From the NCBI GenBank assembly GCA_002347965.1, contig DDYN01000057.1, forward strand, positions 11,365-75,364: DNA of 64,000 bases. Direction: 5' to 3'. The notes beneath the pieces were generated by a model that was given only the letters and a program-made list of their open reading frames with translations, was not told the origin of the DNA and ran no database searches. The stretch comes from Nitrospirae bacterium UBA2233. GTDB taxonomy: Bacteria; UBA2233. Positions 1 through 9,400 of this stretch are shown here, piece by piece. Both the position numbers and the translations under genes were made by a program. Position 1 is the stretch's first letter; each line of letters starts with the position of its first letter.

Positions 1-1221
1 CAACTCGCCGGAGATCAGCTTGGGCAGCAGGGTGTCACGGAGCTGGGCGAGGGTGCGGGAGTCTTCGGTATTGTTCCTGACCTTATCATCCAAGGCGCCA
101 CAAACCCTTTCGTAGAAATCTATCAGCCTTTGATCTGGCTCAACGAATGGCAGAACCTCAAACTGCTTTCTGTTTATCGCACCAAACACTGTCCCAGTAT
201 GTTCAAATTGTTTCAATTCTTCTTGCAGTGACCATATTGCGTGGTATGTGAATGACCTCGCCCCGGAAGCGTGCCGGACAGCAGCTACACCGCGACCTAT
301 ACAGCACTTCTCCCAAGCCAGATTTATGTCTCCAACCGGTGCGCGAACACTCACCAAGGTGTCTTCGGCGTTTGCAATCCTTGTCGGCGCTGAACAGTAC
401 TTCCTATTTTCCGGGTAGCGAAATCCGAAGTCCGTCTTGCCCTGAAAAAATGGCAAACCATCGCCAATGTCGTTGTATGTGTCGCCGGGAGGTGACTGCC
501 CCATCGTTAAGCTGAAGCACTCACCAACCTTTTTTCTCTCCCACCCCTCCGGCTTGCCCTCGTCGTCAAGGCGGTCGGGGAAAAGCTGCCAGAGCTCGTC
601 GGGGAGGTAGGGCTCACGGCCTTCCATCTTGGCGCGGATGGGGCCGAAGTCGACGAACCAGTCCTTGAATAGGGCGCGGGCCATAGCCTCCAGGGTCTGG
701 TTGCGGCGACGGTTAAGTTCAATCTTATCATCCAGCGTGCCCAGGATATGAGCGATGGCGCGCTGTTCGGGGAGCGGTGGCAAATCAATCTCAAAACGAC
801 CGAAAGCTGACTTGCTCAAGATCGGTTGAGCCGAACCACCGGCGGAACCGCAGATTTCCGATTTCCTTGTACTAAGGTTGTAGTAAACAAAAAGTGGTGA
901 ATCATCCGTCTCAATGATGATGCTGTTGATTTGCTGGTTGGTTACGCAATCGGTCCCGGCCAATGCAGCCTTGCCCATATCGGAGCCAATGCAGGACACC
1001 ATGACTGCATTCTTTGGAATCGCAGCGTTTTTCACCAACGATCGGCCGGATGTGGACAAGGTCCTTGCCGTGGTCGAGATGGTGCGAGCGCCATTCATGT
1101 CTGATGGCGTAATGAAAGGAATATTTCCCCCGAAAGCATCAACAGCGCTTGATGGCGGCGTCTTTCCTGTCACGATGCGACCAAGCTGGTTGAGTGTCTT
1201 CGTCTTCCACTCACCCTCCAT
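1..1221 (-). CDS. hsdS: Type I restriction-modification specificity subunit HsdS, two target-recognition domains; 3' end runs off the window start
   Basis: Manual minus-strand translation from ATG at 1221: MEGEWKTKTLNQLGRIVTGKTPP... The central conserved region GRFEIDLPPLPEQRAIAHILGTLDDKIELNRRRNQTLEAMARALFKDWFVDFGP is a hallmark HsdS motif. The frame stays open to position 1. It is absent from the ORF track because no stop lies inside the window. Confidence 0.8.
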   Translation of the reverse strand, partial: MEGEWKTKTLNQLGRIVTGKTPPSSAVDAFGGNIPFITPSDMNGARTISTTARTLSTSGRSLVKNAAIPKNAVMVSCIGSDMGKAALAGTDCVTNQQINSIIIETDDSPLFVYYNLSTRKSEICGSAGGSAQPILSKSAFGRFEIDLPPLPEQRAIAHILGTLDDKIELNRRRNQTLEAMARALFKDWFVDFGPIRAKMEGREPYLPDELWQLFPDRLDDEGKPEGWERKKVGECFSLTMGQSPPGDTYNDIGDGLPFFQGKTDFGFRYPENRKYCSAPTRIANAEDTLVSVRAPVGDINLAWEKCCIGRGVAAVRHASGARSFTYHAIWSLQEELKQFEHTGTVFGAINRKQFEVLPFVEPDQRLIDFYERVCGALDDKVRNNTEDSRTLAQLRDTLLPKLISGEL

Positions 1222-1370
1222 ACCCAAACCCCCCCCTAGATTGACCTTGATGGCCGCATCCTGCCTCACCACTTCGGCCTGCCACCACCCCACCTCAGCC
1301 AACAAATTCACGCGCCGTCCAAATAAATGCACGCGTGCATTTCGCGTGTATTTGCGTGCTTTTCTAACGC

Positions 1371-3068
1371 TCATTTCGGTGCCTTTCGGTAAGCAACGCT
1401 CCGTCCACGTTCACCTTCGCGAACGACAAGACCTTGCTGTGCCAACCGATCGAGCAGCCGGTAGGCTTGCGGGCCTGTAATCCGGCACAACTCCGTCGCC
1501 TCGCGCCGGGTGATCCGTCCGTGCTTTTCCACGTACTGCAATACCATCTGCTCCTGCTGTAGCGGCTCGAAGCCTCGCTGCCGAACGTAGCCCGCCTTGT
1601 CGTCCAGCAGACGATAGAGCGCCGCGGACAAATGCCATGTGCGGCCTTTCTTTTGACCGCGCTCTTCCACCAGACCCGTCTCCACCAGGCGGTGCAGCAC
1701 GCCGCGCCCGTCGGATTCCGGCTTCTGGACGAGCCGGGCCGCCTCCTCGGTGGTCAGTTCGCGCGTTTGCCACAAGGCGTTGAGGATAAGTAGTTCGTCG
1801 AGCGCAAGATCGCGCCCTTGCTGGGCTTCGGTGACCAGTAACCGCACGAAATCGAGATTGGCCGCTCCACCCGGGATAACGACGCTTACCGTGGCTTCGT
1901 TGCTGCGTGCGTAGGACGGCGCCGGACGGCCGTTGCGCAACTGTTCATAGAAGATGGTGTCGATGCCGCGCGCGGTGCGCTCGACGATGCCGGCGCGCTT
2001 GAAAGCGTCGGCGAGCAAGGGGTTACGCGGGCGTGGCGCGGTGACGAGCAAGTTATCCAGCCGCACGCCTTCGGGAAAGCCGCCGGGGTTGGTGATCTCG
2101 ATGTGATCGCTGTACCACTGAAAATGCACGGCTCCTAGGCGGAGATAGTCGCGGTGGATGAGCGCGTTGGCCAGCGCTTCGCGCAGGGCGCGCTCGGGAT
2201 AGTCCGGCACACCCACGCGCAGCAGCCCGACCATCAGCTCCTGCTCGCGATTGCGCGCGCGGATGCGCGCTTCGATCTCCTCCACGACTCGCAGGAGAGG
2301 CCAGCGAAAGAAATCGTTGACCTCCACGTCGAGCCCGCGCAGCACCTGGAACGCGACTTCATGCGCAGGGACGAAGCGGCGCAGCGCATCTTCCTTTCCA
2401 AACAGCAGCAGCGCCGCGAGGCGCACGCCGTACACGCTGCCATTAGCCTCCACCACGCCCAGCGCCTTGGCGAGCTCCAGATCCGGCAGCACTAGCAGGC
2501 TTTCGTCGCTGCGGCCACGCCGCTCGCGTACGCTGCGCCGGAAGCGCTCGAACTCCAGAGGGTCGAGGTTCTCCCAGCGCGCCTCGGCGACGAGTTGAGC
2601 CGATGGATCGAGCAACCTCCGGCCGGATTGCAGCGACTGTACGGCGTAGGCGTCCATCGGCACGCAGGCGGGTTTGCCATCACCGCCTATCACGCGCCGC
2701 AGAAACACACCGTCGGCAGTCGCCACCGGTTGCTGCTGGGGCGGTATTTCGATGACCAGTACCGTCGCATCGTTCACCTTCACTGTTTGGACTTGCACCG
2801 ATAAGGAAGGTCGGGTACGACTCGCGACCAGGGCAGCAAGCCGGTCAAGATCAGTGGTTGTGCCGTGTCTGGGGTGTGCGCCGGTGATCCGGCCATCATC
2901 CTCGACGCCAATGAGCAAACGACCCGGCTCGCCGTCGGACCTGTTGGCTAAGCATGCGACAGCCTCAACGAGGTCACGGTCGTTAAGCGAACAGCGCTCC
3001 TCGCCCTTGAACTCGACAGCCAGTGTTTCACCCCTCGTAATCAGGCGCTGAAGTGCATCGGGTGTCAT
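1371..3068 (-). CDS. Schlafen/AlbA_2-like putative DNA-binding domain + HATPase_c_4 (RecG C-terminal-like ATPase) + two winged-HTH protein (COG2865-like), embedded between hsdM and hsdS
   Basis: 565-aa ORF. The N-terminus LAVEFKGE...DLVEAVACLANRSDGEPGRLLIGVEDDGRITG matches the AlbA_2/Schlafen fold. The C-terminus carries HTH-like segments (LLILNALWQTRELTTEEAARLV; HGRITRREATELCRITGPQAYRLLDRL). It is co-oriented with hsdM and hsdS and tightly spaced. Confidence 0.65.
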   Translation of the reverse strand: MTPDALQRLITRGETLAVEFKGEERCSLNDRDLVEAVACLANRSDGEPGRLLIGVEDDGRITGAHPRHGTTTDLDRLAALVASRTRPSLSVQVQTVKVNDATVLVIEIPPQQQPVATADGVFLRRVIGGDGKPACVPMDAYAVQSLQSGRRLLDPSAQLVAEARWENLDPLEFERFRRSVRERRGRSDESLLVLPDLELAKALGVVEANGSVYGVRLAALLLFGKEDALRRFVPAHEVAFQVLRGLDVEVNDFFRWPLLRVVEEIEARIRARNREQELMVGLLRVGVPDYPERALREALANALIHRDYLRLGAVHFQWYSDHIEITNPGGFPEGVRLDNLLVTAPRPRNPLLADAFKRAGIVERTARGIDTIFYEQLRNGRPAPSYARSNEATVSVVIPGGAANLDFVRLLVTEAQQGRDLALDELLILNALWQTRELTTEEAARLVQKPESDGRGVLHRLVETGLVEERGQKKGRTWHLSAALYRLLDDKAGYVRQRGFEPLQQEQMVLQYVEKHGRITRREATELCRITGPQAYRLLDRLAQQGLVVREGERGRSVAYRKAPK

Positions 3069-3164
3069 GCCAAATCTTCCCTATGCTTTCTCGAAACGGT
3101 GTGTGTCTTTATTCAACGCTGCGTTTATCACAGTTGGGGGCGTGCCTCATGTTCAACGCACCGT

Positions 3165-4746
3165 TCAAAACCCAAGCGCCTTTAGGTTGGCCTTAATGGC
3201 TGCGTCGAGCTTGGCGGCTTCCTGCTGCTGCTCGCGCCACTGGCTTGTCAGGCGCTGCATCTTCTCCTCGAATGGCTCGTCATCGTCTTCGATATCGGCC
3301 GCACCGACATAGCGGCCAGGGGTGAGCACATGGCCGTGCTGGCGGATTTCCTCTAGGTTGGCTGATTTGCAAAAACCGGAGATGTCTTTGTATGCCCCCT
3401 CACCCCGACCCTCTCCCAGTGGGAGAGGGTCGGGGTGAGGGTCAACGGTACACCAGGCGTGGTAGGTGTCGGCGATCCTGCGAATGTCCTCCTCGGTCAG
3501 TTCACGGTGGGTGCGATCCACCATCACGCCCATCTTGCGGGCATCGATGAACAGCACCTCGCCACGCCGGTCACGCAGGCCCTTTCCGGGGTTCTTGTTG
3601 CGGGCAAGGAACCACAGGCAGGCGGGAATCGGTGTGGAATAGAACAACTGGCCGGGCAGGGCGACCATACAGTCCACAACGTCGGCTTCGATCATCGCTT
3701 TTCGAATCTCGCCTTCGCCAGACTGGTTGGAGCTCATAGAGCCATTGGCCAGCACCACGCCTGCTGTGCCATTGGGCGCCAAGTGATAGAAGATATGTTG
3801 TAACCACGCGAAGTTGGCGTTCCCGGCTGGCGGTGTGCCGAATTTCCAACGCTTGTCGTCTTTGAGTAGTTCCCCACCCCCAATTGGAATCGTTGAAGAA
3901 CGGATTAGCCAGCACGTAGTCAGCTTTGAGGTCAGGGTGCAGGTCGCGATGGAAACTGTCGGCGTGCTCTTTCCCCAGGTTGCCCTCAATTCCCCGGATG
4001 GCGAGGTTCATTTTAGCCAAGCGCCAGGTGGTGTAATTTGATTCTTGACCATAGATGCTAATATTGCCGATTCTGCCTCCGTGGGCCTCGACAAATCTTT
4101 CCGACTGGACGAACATACCCCCAGAGCCGCAGCAGGGGTCATAGACCCTGCCACTATAAGGGGCCAGCATCTCCACCAGCACGCGAACGACACAGCGGGG
4201 CGTGTAGAACTGGCCACCCTTCTTGCCCTCAGCGCTGGCAAACTTGGAGAGGAAATACTCGTAGACCCGGCCGATGATATCCTTGGAGCGGTTGGCTTCA
4301 TCCCCCAAGCCGATGGTGCCGATCAAGTCGATCAGCTGACCAAGGCGCTGTTTATCCAAGTTTGGGCGGGCGTAGTCCTTGGGCAGCACACCTTTGAGCG
4401 AGGGGTTATCGCGCTCGATGGCGAGCATGGCGTCATCGAAGACCTTGCCGATGGTCGGCTGCTTGGCCACGGATTGGAGATAAGACCAGCGCGCCTCTTT
4501 GGGCACCCAGAAGATGTTGGCAGCCCGGTACTCGTCAGGGTCTTCGGGGTCGGCCCCTTGGGCACGGTCCGCTTCGAGCAAGGCATGCTGCTCTTCAAAG
4601 GCATCAGAGATGTATTTAAGGAAGATTAAACCGAGTACGACGTGCTTATACTCGGCGGCGTCCATGTTGGAGCGGAGCTCGTCGGCGGCAAGCCAGAGCT
4701 TGGATTCGAAACCGAGGTTCGCGCCGTTGTTTTTGGTTTTTGCCAT
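3165..4746 (-). pseudogene. hsdM: Type I RM N6-adenine DNA methyltransferase HsdM, split into two overlapping reading frames by a 1-nt frameshift; an authentic frameshift or a sequencing error
   Basis: ORF 3571..4746 carries the HsdM N-terminal domain ([52 protein letters not shown]) up to the catalytic [13 protein letters not shown] 3165..3989 continues the methyltransferase ([28 protein letters not shown]...LFIDAR...) in another frame. The switch maps to the tract ccccaccccc at about 3872-3883. Confidence 0.8.
3397..3441. repeat. Perfect 21-bp-arm inverted repeat (CCCTCACCCCGACCCTCTCCC-agt-GGGAGAGGGTCGGGGTGAGGG) lying in frame inside the hsdM C-terminal coding region
   Basis: Read directly from the sequence; the arms are exact reverse complements. 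It encodes the Gly/Pro-rich segment [13 protein letters not shown], and its 45-nt length preserves the frame. Confidence 0.85.
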
Positions 4747-5003
4747 GTCTGATTTCCTGTAAGAGAGCCTTGCCCCGTTTGCCCAGGCCCAGGGCTAGGT
4801 CCTCGACCTGTTTGAGCGCCGGCGGCGAGGTCTTGATACAACCGTTCATGGCTGGGTAGGTCACGCCAAACTTGGCCACAAGTTTTCCTTCTTGTTGGCT
4901 TAAGTATCGCCGTCGGTCCCCCCTACCCAGGGTCAGGCCTCTAAATACTGAAAATGAATAGGCCAGGGGCTACCATCGCTAAAAAACTAACTCAGGCCCT
5001 GGA

Positions 5004-5144
5004 CTAGGAAGGATAAGGATAATATCCACCTTGAGTACCTCCTAGAAGAGCCATACTGCCAAGAAAAGGAATGGCACTTATGAAGGCCAGCAAGAAACTT
5101 TCTGTAGACACCCACAAAGAACCAATTAAACCAAGAGTTAGCAT
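5004..5144 (-). CDS. Small hydrophobic 46-aa peptide (MLTLGLIGSLWVSTESFLLAFISAIPFLGSMALLGGTQGGYYPYPS) in a low-GC intergenic segment; candidate membrane peptide
   Basis: ATG at 5144 is preceded by GGGAGGAG at 6 nt spacing, and TAG lies at 5004-5006. The peptide is largely one predicted transmembrane helix. No homology is claimed. Confidence 0.3.
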   Translation of the reverse strand: MLTLGLIGSLWVSTESFLLAFISAIPFLGSMALLGGTQGGYYPYPS

Positions 5145-5203
5145 GGCTTCTCCTCCCTTACGTTTCCACGCGTTACTCTCACATTTTAACGCAATTCCTT
5201 GAG
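5081..5203 (+). CDS. Small 40-aa hydrophilic ORF (MKASKKLSVDTHKEPIKPRVSMASPPLRFHALLSHFNAIP) antisense-overlapping the 46-aa peptide gene
   Basis: ATG at 5081 with AAGGA 9 nt upstream. It overlaps the 5' half of the minus-strand peptide gene. Speculative. Confidence 0.15.
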
Positions 5204-5555
5204 TACTATTTTATCATTTCCTTTATCCGCCTAAGGAGCTTAAGCCTCATCGGCGATGTTCTCCTTGCCGATGCCCAGACCTCCAAGCGCGTCTATGTAG
5301 GCCCCGAGAACGGTGTTCTTGCGACCCTTTCCTTTTTGCTCGCGAATTCCTGCCGGCCATGGTCTCACAGCCTACCGTAATCCGGACAAATGATGGCGTG
5401 AGCGGCTTGCCCGTGCTTCGTCAACCCTGGAGAAAGAAGGTTCGACATAAGGTCTGCTTGGTGCTCGGCGCACATCCCTAAAGAACCCTGGCTTGGCTGG
5501 CAATAGGTATGCTAAATTAAAAGCTGCAATCACAAGACAGTAGGACATCGAAGCC

Positions 5556-6329
5556 GTGGCCTCAAAACTGTCCTCTAAGGTGCAGCTTATTGCCATAGAC
5601 TTAGATGGGACGCTTCTTGACGGGGAAGGATCCCTCGATGCAGCGGCCTTGCCCCTTATTTCTAGCATCTTGAGCAGGGGGGCCTGTGTAACCCTGGCTA
5701 CAGGCCGCGACCCCCATAGCGCAACTCACTTAAGCAGGCCGATCACATGGAGCGCCCCGCTCGTGACCTGCAACGGGGCCGTTCTTTGGGATGTCGGCCG
5801 GCAAAGGCCTTTGATTAAGCGCACAATTCCTCTGGAGGCCGTCCGAAGCTGTCTTGGCTGCCTTCCAGAGTTTGGGCTTGTGCCTTTTGTCATGGAAATC
5901 ACCGCAGACCTCCGCTTCGTCGTCCGGCCAACAACCCAAGACGACAACTTCCACGAAGTCGTCAAACTCTACGCCTCCGGCGATGTTGCCAGCGTAGAAT
6001 CGGCCAAGGCCGAAATCAAGGCGCTCTTGGACGGCACCATTTACACGACCTCCTCGTTCCACGGCAACTTGGAGGTTTGTCCGGCGGGTGTAAGCAAGGC
6101 CTCCGGCCTGGATTCCGTGGCCAAGGCGTTGGGGATCCTGCCCGAAGAAATCGCCTGCATCGGCGATGGAGAGAACGACCTCGAGCTTTTTGGCTACGCG
6201 GGAGTCCGCGTTGCGATGGGGAACGCAATCGAGCCGCTCAAGGCCATGGCGGACTTCATTGCGCCCGCCAATACCGAGCATGGCGTGGCGGCGGCCCTCG
6301 CTTGGATCTTGTCGGCAACACAACCGTAG
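5556..6329 (+). CDS. Cof-type HAD-IIB family hydrolase (sugar-phosphatase-like)
   Basis: IAIDLDGTLL motif I near the N-terminus and IGDGENDLELFGYAGVRVAMGNA motif IV at the C-terminus. Confidence 0.8.
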   Translation: MASKLSSKVQLIAIDLDGTLLDGEGSLDAAALPLISSILSRGACVTLATGRDPHSATHLSRPITWSAPLVTCNGAVLWDVGRQRPLIKRTIPLEAVRSCLGCLPEFGLVPFVMEITADLRFVVRPTTQDDNFHEVVKLYASGDVASVESAKAEIKALLDGTIYTTSSFHGNLEVCPAGVSKASGLDSVAKALGILPEEIACIGDGENDLELFGYAGVRVAMGNAIEPLKAMADFIAPANTEHGVAAALAWILSATQP

Positions 6330-6436
6330 AATTTTCTCCTAGCCCCTGTTTCCCGTCTTTACGACAACCATCTCGAAGGGAGTATCCCGTGCTCATACAA
6401 AACGTAAGGTCGTCCGGGCAAAACGGAAACGACCTG

Positions 6437-9400
6437 ATGTCTAGGCTTACCTCTAACGCGCTGAAAGTTTTAGAAAAACGCTACCTGAAAAAAGACGAAA
6501 CAGGAAACGTTGTCGAGACACCATCCGAGCTCTTCGGGCGCGTGGCCGGAGCGATCGCCCAAGCCGAGGAGATATACGGGAAAGACCCGGGGGATGCCTA
6601 TCCAAGGTTCCTCGAACTCCTGACATCGCTTGATTTTCTCCCGAATTCGCCCACGCTGATGAACGCGGGCAGGCCTTTGGGCCAACTTAGCGCCTGCTTC
6701 GTCCTCCCCGTGGAAGACTCGCTGAACGGCATCTTCGAGACGGTGAAGCACGCCGCCCTGATCCACAAATCCGGCGGCGGCTGCATTGCCGGCGATGCTA
6801 GGGTCTGGAGCACGTTTTGTGGGCTGGAGCCTATCGAAGTGCTGTTCCATCGGACCACGGCGGACGGCCGCCCGGGCATCCGTCGCGGTTTTGGCGTCGC
6901 TTATGACGTGAACGACCTCAACATTCAGACCGCGGCCATGGACCCCGCCACTGGGTCCATGGGGTTGCGCAAGGTTACCCATGTCTGGAAGTTTGATGTC
7001 CCGGCTGCAGATCAAATGACGGTCCGAACGCGCGAGGGCACGGTCATCCAGACTAGCGCCTGGCATCCGTTCATGGTGCTGCGGGATACTGGCTTTGCCG
7101 AAGTCCGCGCTGATGAGCTCGCGCGAGGGGACGTGATCCTCGGACCGGACCGCCCGGATTCCTACTGGCCATGGTCTGAGTACCGTACGGCAGGCACTCT
7201 GACGATCGACCCCTGGATGGGCTGGCTCATCGGCTTTACCTTGGGCGACGGGTCGTTTGACTACGTGCCCTCTCTGAGGCAGTACAGGGTGCGTTGGTTC
7301 TCCGGCACCCGCGACGTGCTGGAGCGCGTGCAAGAGGTCCTGGCCTCGAGGGACATTCACGTCGCCATCCAGCGGGACAACCGGAGCACAGAAAGCTTTT
7401 TGCTGACTACCCTGTCTCAGCGGTTCGTGCATGACCTGCTGGAAGCCTGCGGGCTCGGCGCAATCGGCGTCAAGGAGGACCACATCCGGGTTCCAGAGGC
7501 TATCGCCAAGTCGCCCCTGCCGGTCGTGCGCGCGTTCCTTGCCGGGCTTCTGGACAGCGACGGCTACGTCGCCAAGGATGGCAGTCCGTCCTACTCCACG
7601 ATTTCGGAAGAGTTTGCCCAGGACTTGGCCGCGCTTGCCGCCCTGATGGGCTACCGTCCCACGGTATCCAAGGAGAACCCGCGGGGTAGGGGAAAGCGGG
7701 CGGTGTTCAACGTGCAGGTCTGTCCCCTGCCCCAAGTCCTGCAACTCGCCGACGACCTGCAAGTCTACCTGGCCAACCGCTTCCGGCTCGCCCGGCTCTC
7801 CACGGAGAGCACAAGAGAAACCGCGCTGCGACTCCCGTTACGGGCCTGGCGTGACCGGATGGCGGAGCTGGGGCTGGTCCGGCTAAGGGGTGATAAGTCA
7901 ACCGGACCCGGATCCTGCGCCGTAGAGCTTAAGCGATGGTCCTGCAACGCCAATCATCGCTGCCGCCGCGATGACCTGCGCACCATTGCCTCGCAGGTGC
8001 GGCTCCAAGACCCGGACCTGGCAGCGCTCATGGAGCGTGTCGCGGCACGCGGCCAGGAAATTGCTCGTGTAGGGCGGGCGACAACGCCCAAGCCCTACTA
8101 CGACCTTTCCGTGGAGGGTTGGAACACGTACGCTGCCGGACAGTCTGGCCTAGCCATGGTCCACAATACCGGGTTCTCCTTCTCGCGCCTAAGGCCCGAA
8201 GGAGACCTCGTCCACTCGACCAAGGGGGTGTCCTCCGGCCCGGTCTCGTTCATGGGCGTGTTCGATGCCGCGACCGACACGATCAAGCAAGGGGGGACAA
8301 GGCGCGGTGCGAATATGGGGATACTTAGGGTCGACCACCCCGACATCGAAGCGTTCATTGTCTGCAAGCGCGACGGCAAGCGGTTTCAGAATTTCAACAT
8401 TTCCGTAGCCATCACGGATGCGTTCATGGGGGCACTCGAGACGGGTGCCGAGTACGCGCTGATCAACCCCAGGGACGGCAGCGTCGTCCGGATGGAGAGT
8501 GCCAGGCGTATCTTCGAGCTTATCGTCGAGAACGCCTGGGCTACGGGAGACCCGGGCATCGTTTTTATAGATAGGGTAAACGCCAAAAACCCGACGCCCC
8601 ATGCGGGCCAAATCGAGAGCTGCAACCCCTGCGGCGAGCAGTTCCTTTTGCCCTACGAGTCCTGCAACTTGGGCTCGATCAACCTCTCCAACTTTGTCAA
8701 GGACGGCCGGATTGACTTCGGTAGGCTCCAGGGGGCCGTAGGGACCGCTGTCCATTTTCTGGACAACGTGATTGACATGAACCGCTACCCGCTGGAGGAG
8801 ATTTCCAGGGTAACGCTCGCGAACCGCAAGGTCGGGCTCGGTGTGATGGGGTTCGCCGACATGCTGATCCTTCTTGGCGTGCCCTACGACTCCCGGAGGG
8901 CGCTCGAGATCGCCGGCGAGGTGATGGGCTTTATCCACGAGGAGGCCGTCTTGGCATCCCGAAAGCTTGCCAAAGATCGAGGGCCTTTCCCCAACTTTGA
9001 AGGGAGCGTTTACAGCATCCCCCAGCGCAACGCGATGGTTACGACCGTCGCGCCGACGGGGACGATCAGCATCATCGCGGGGTGTTCTTCCGGAATCGAG
9101 CCTCTGTTCGCCGTCAGCTACGTTCGGAACGTGCTTGACGGCCATAGGCTGATCGAAGTGCACCCGGAGTTTGCGCGGATCGCCAAAGAGCGTGGGTTTT
9201 ACTCCGAAGCGCTCATGGAGAGGATCGCGTTCGAGGGTAGCGTTGCGCACGTCGAGGAGGTTCCAGAAGACGTGCGAGGGCTGTTCGTGTGCGCCCACGA
9301 CATTCCATCGGAACAGCATGTAAGGATGCAGGCGGCCTTCCAGGCGCACGTGGACAACGCCATCTCCAAAACGGTGAACTTTCCGTTCGAAGCGCCGCCG

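Noticed and set aside
4646-4879. 77-aa minus ORF (MAKFGVTYPAMNGCIK...) overlapping the hsdM start
   Set aside because: No RBS and no homology, and it runs into the hsdM start in another frame. Likely spurious or a tiny leader; not called.
5226-5360. Orphan C-terminal coding fragment (...RKNTVLGAYIDALGGLGIGKENIADEA*) in the low-GC segment
   Set aside because: It has no start codon and begins immediately after an in-frame TAG; no family could be assigned from 43 residues. Mentioned under the remnant finding and not called as a pseudogene.
6077-6436. Long 5' extension of the nrdJ ORF (MSGGCKQGLRPGF...) overlapping the HAD hydrolase gene
   Set aside because: Arg/Gly-rich junk typical of out-of-frame GC-rich DNA. 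The conserved NrdJ N-terminus begins at MSRLTSNALKVLEKRYL (6437), with a possible alternative GTG at 6389.
6470-9349. Large antisense ORFs inside nrdJ (6470..7762, 8189..9349) and similar antisense ORFs inside the hsdS, sulfite reductase, pil and men genes
   Set aside because: High-GC genomes generate long spurious ORFs on the opposite strand. The products are low-complexity Arg/Pro/Gly-rich and have no recognisable domain, whereas the sense genes have clear homology.
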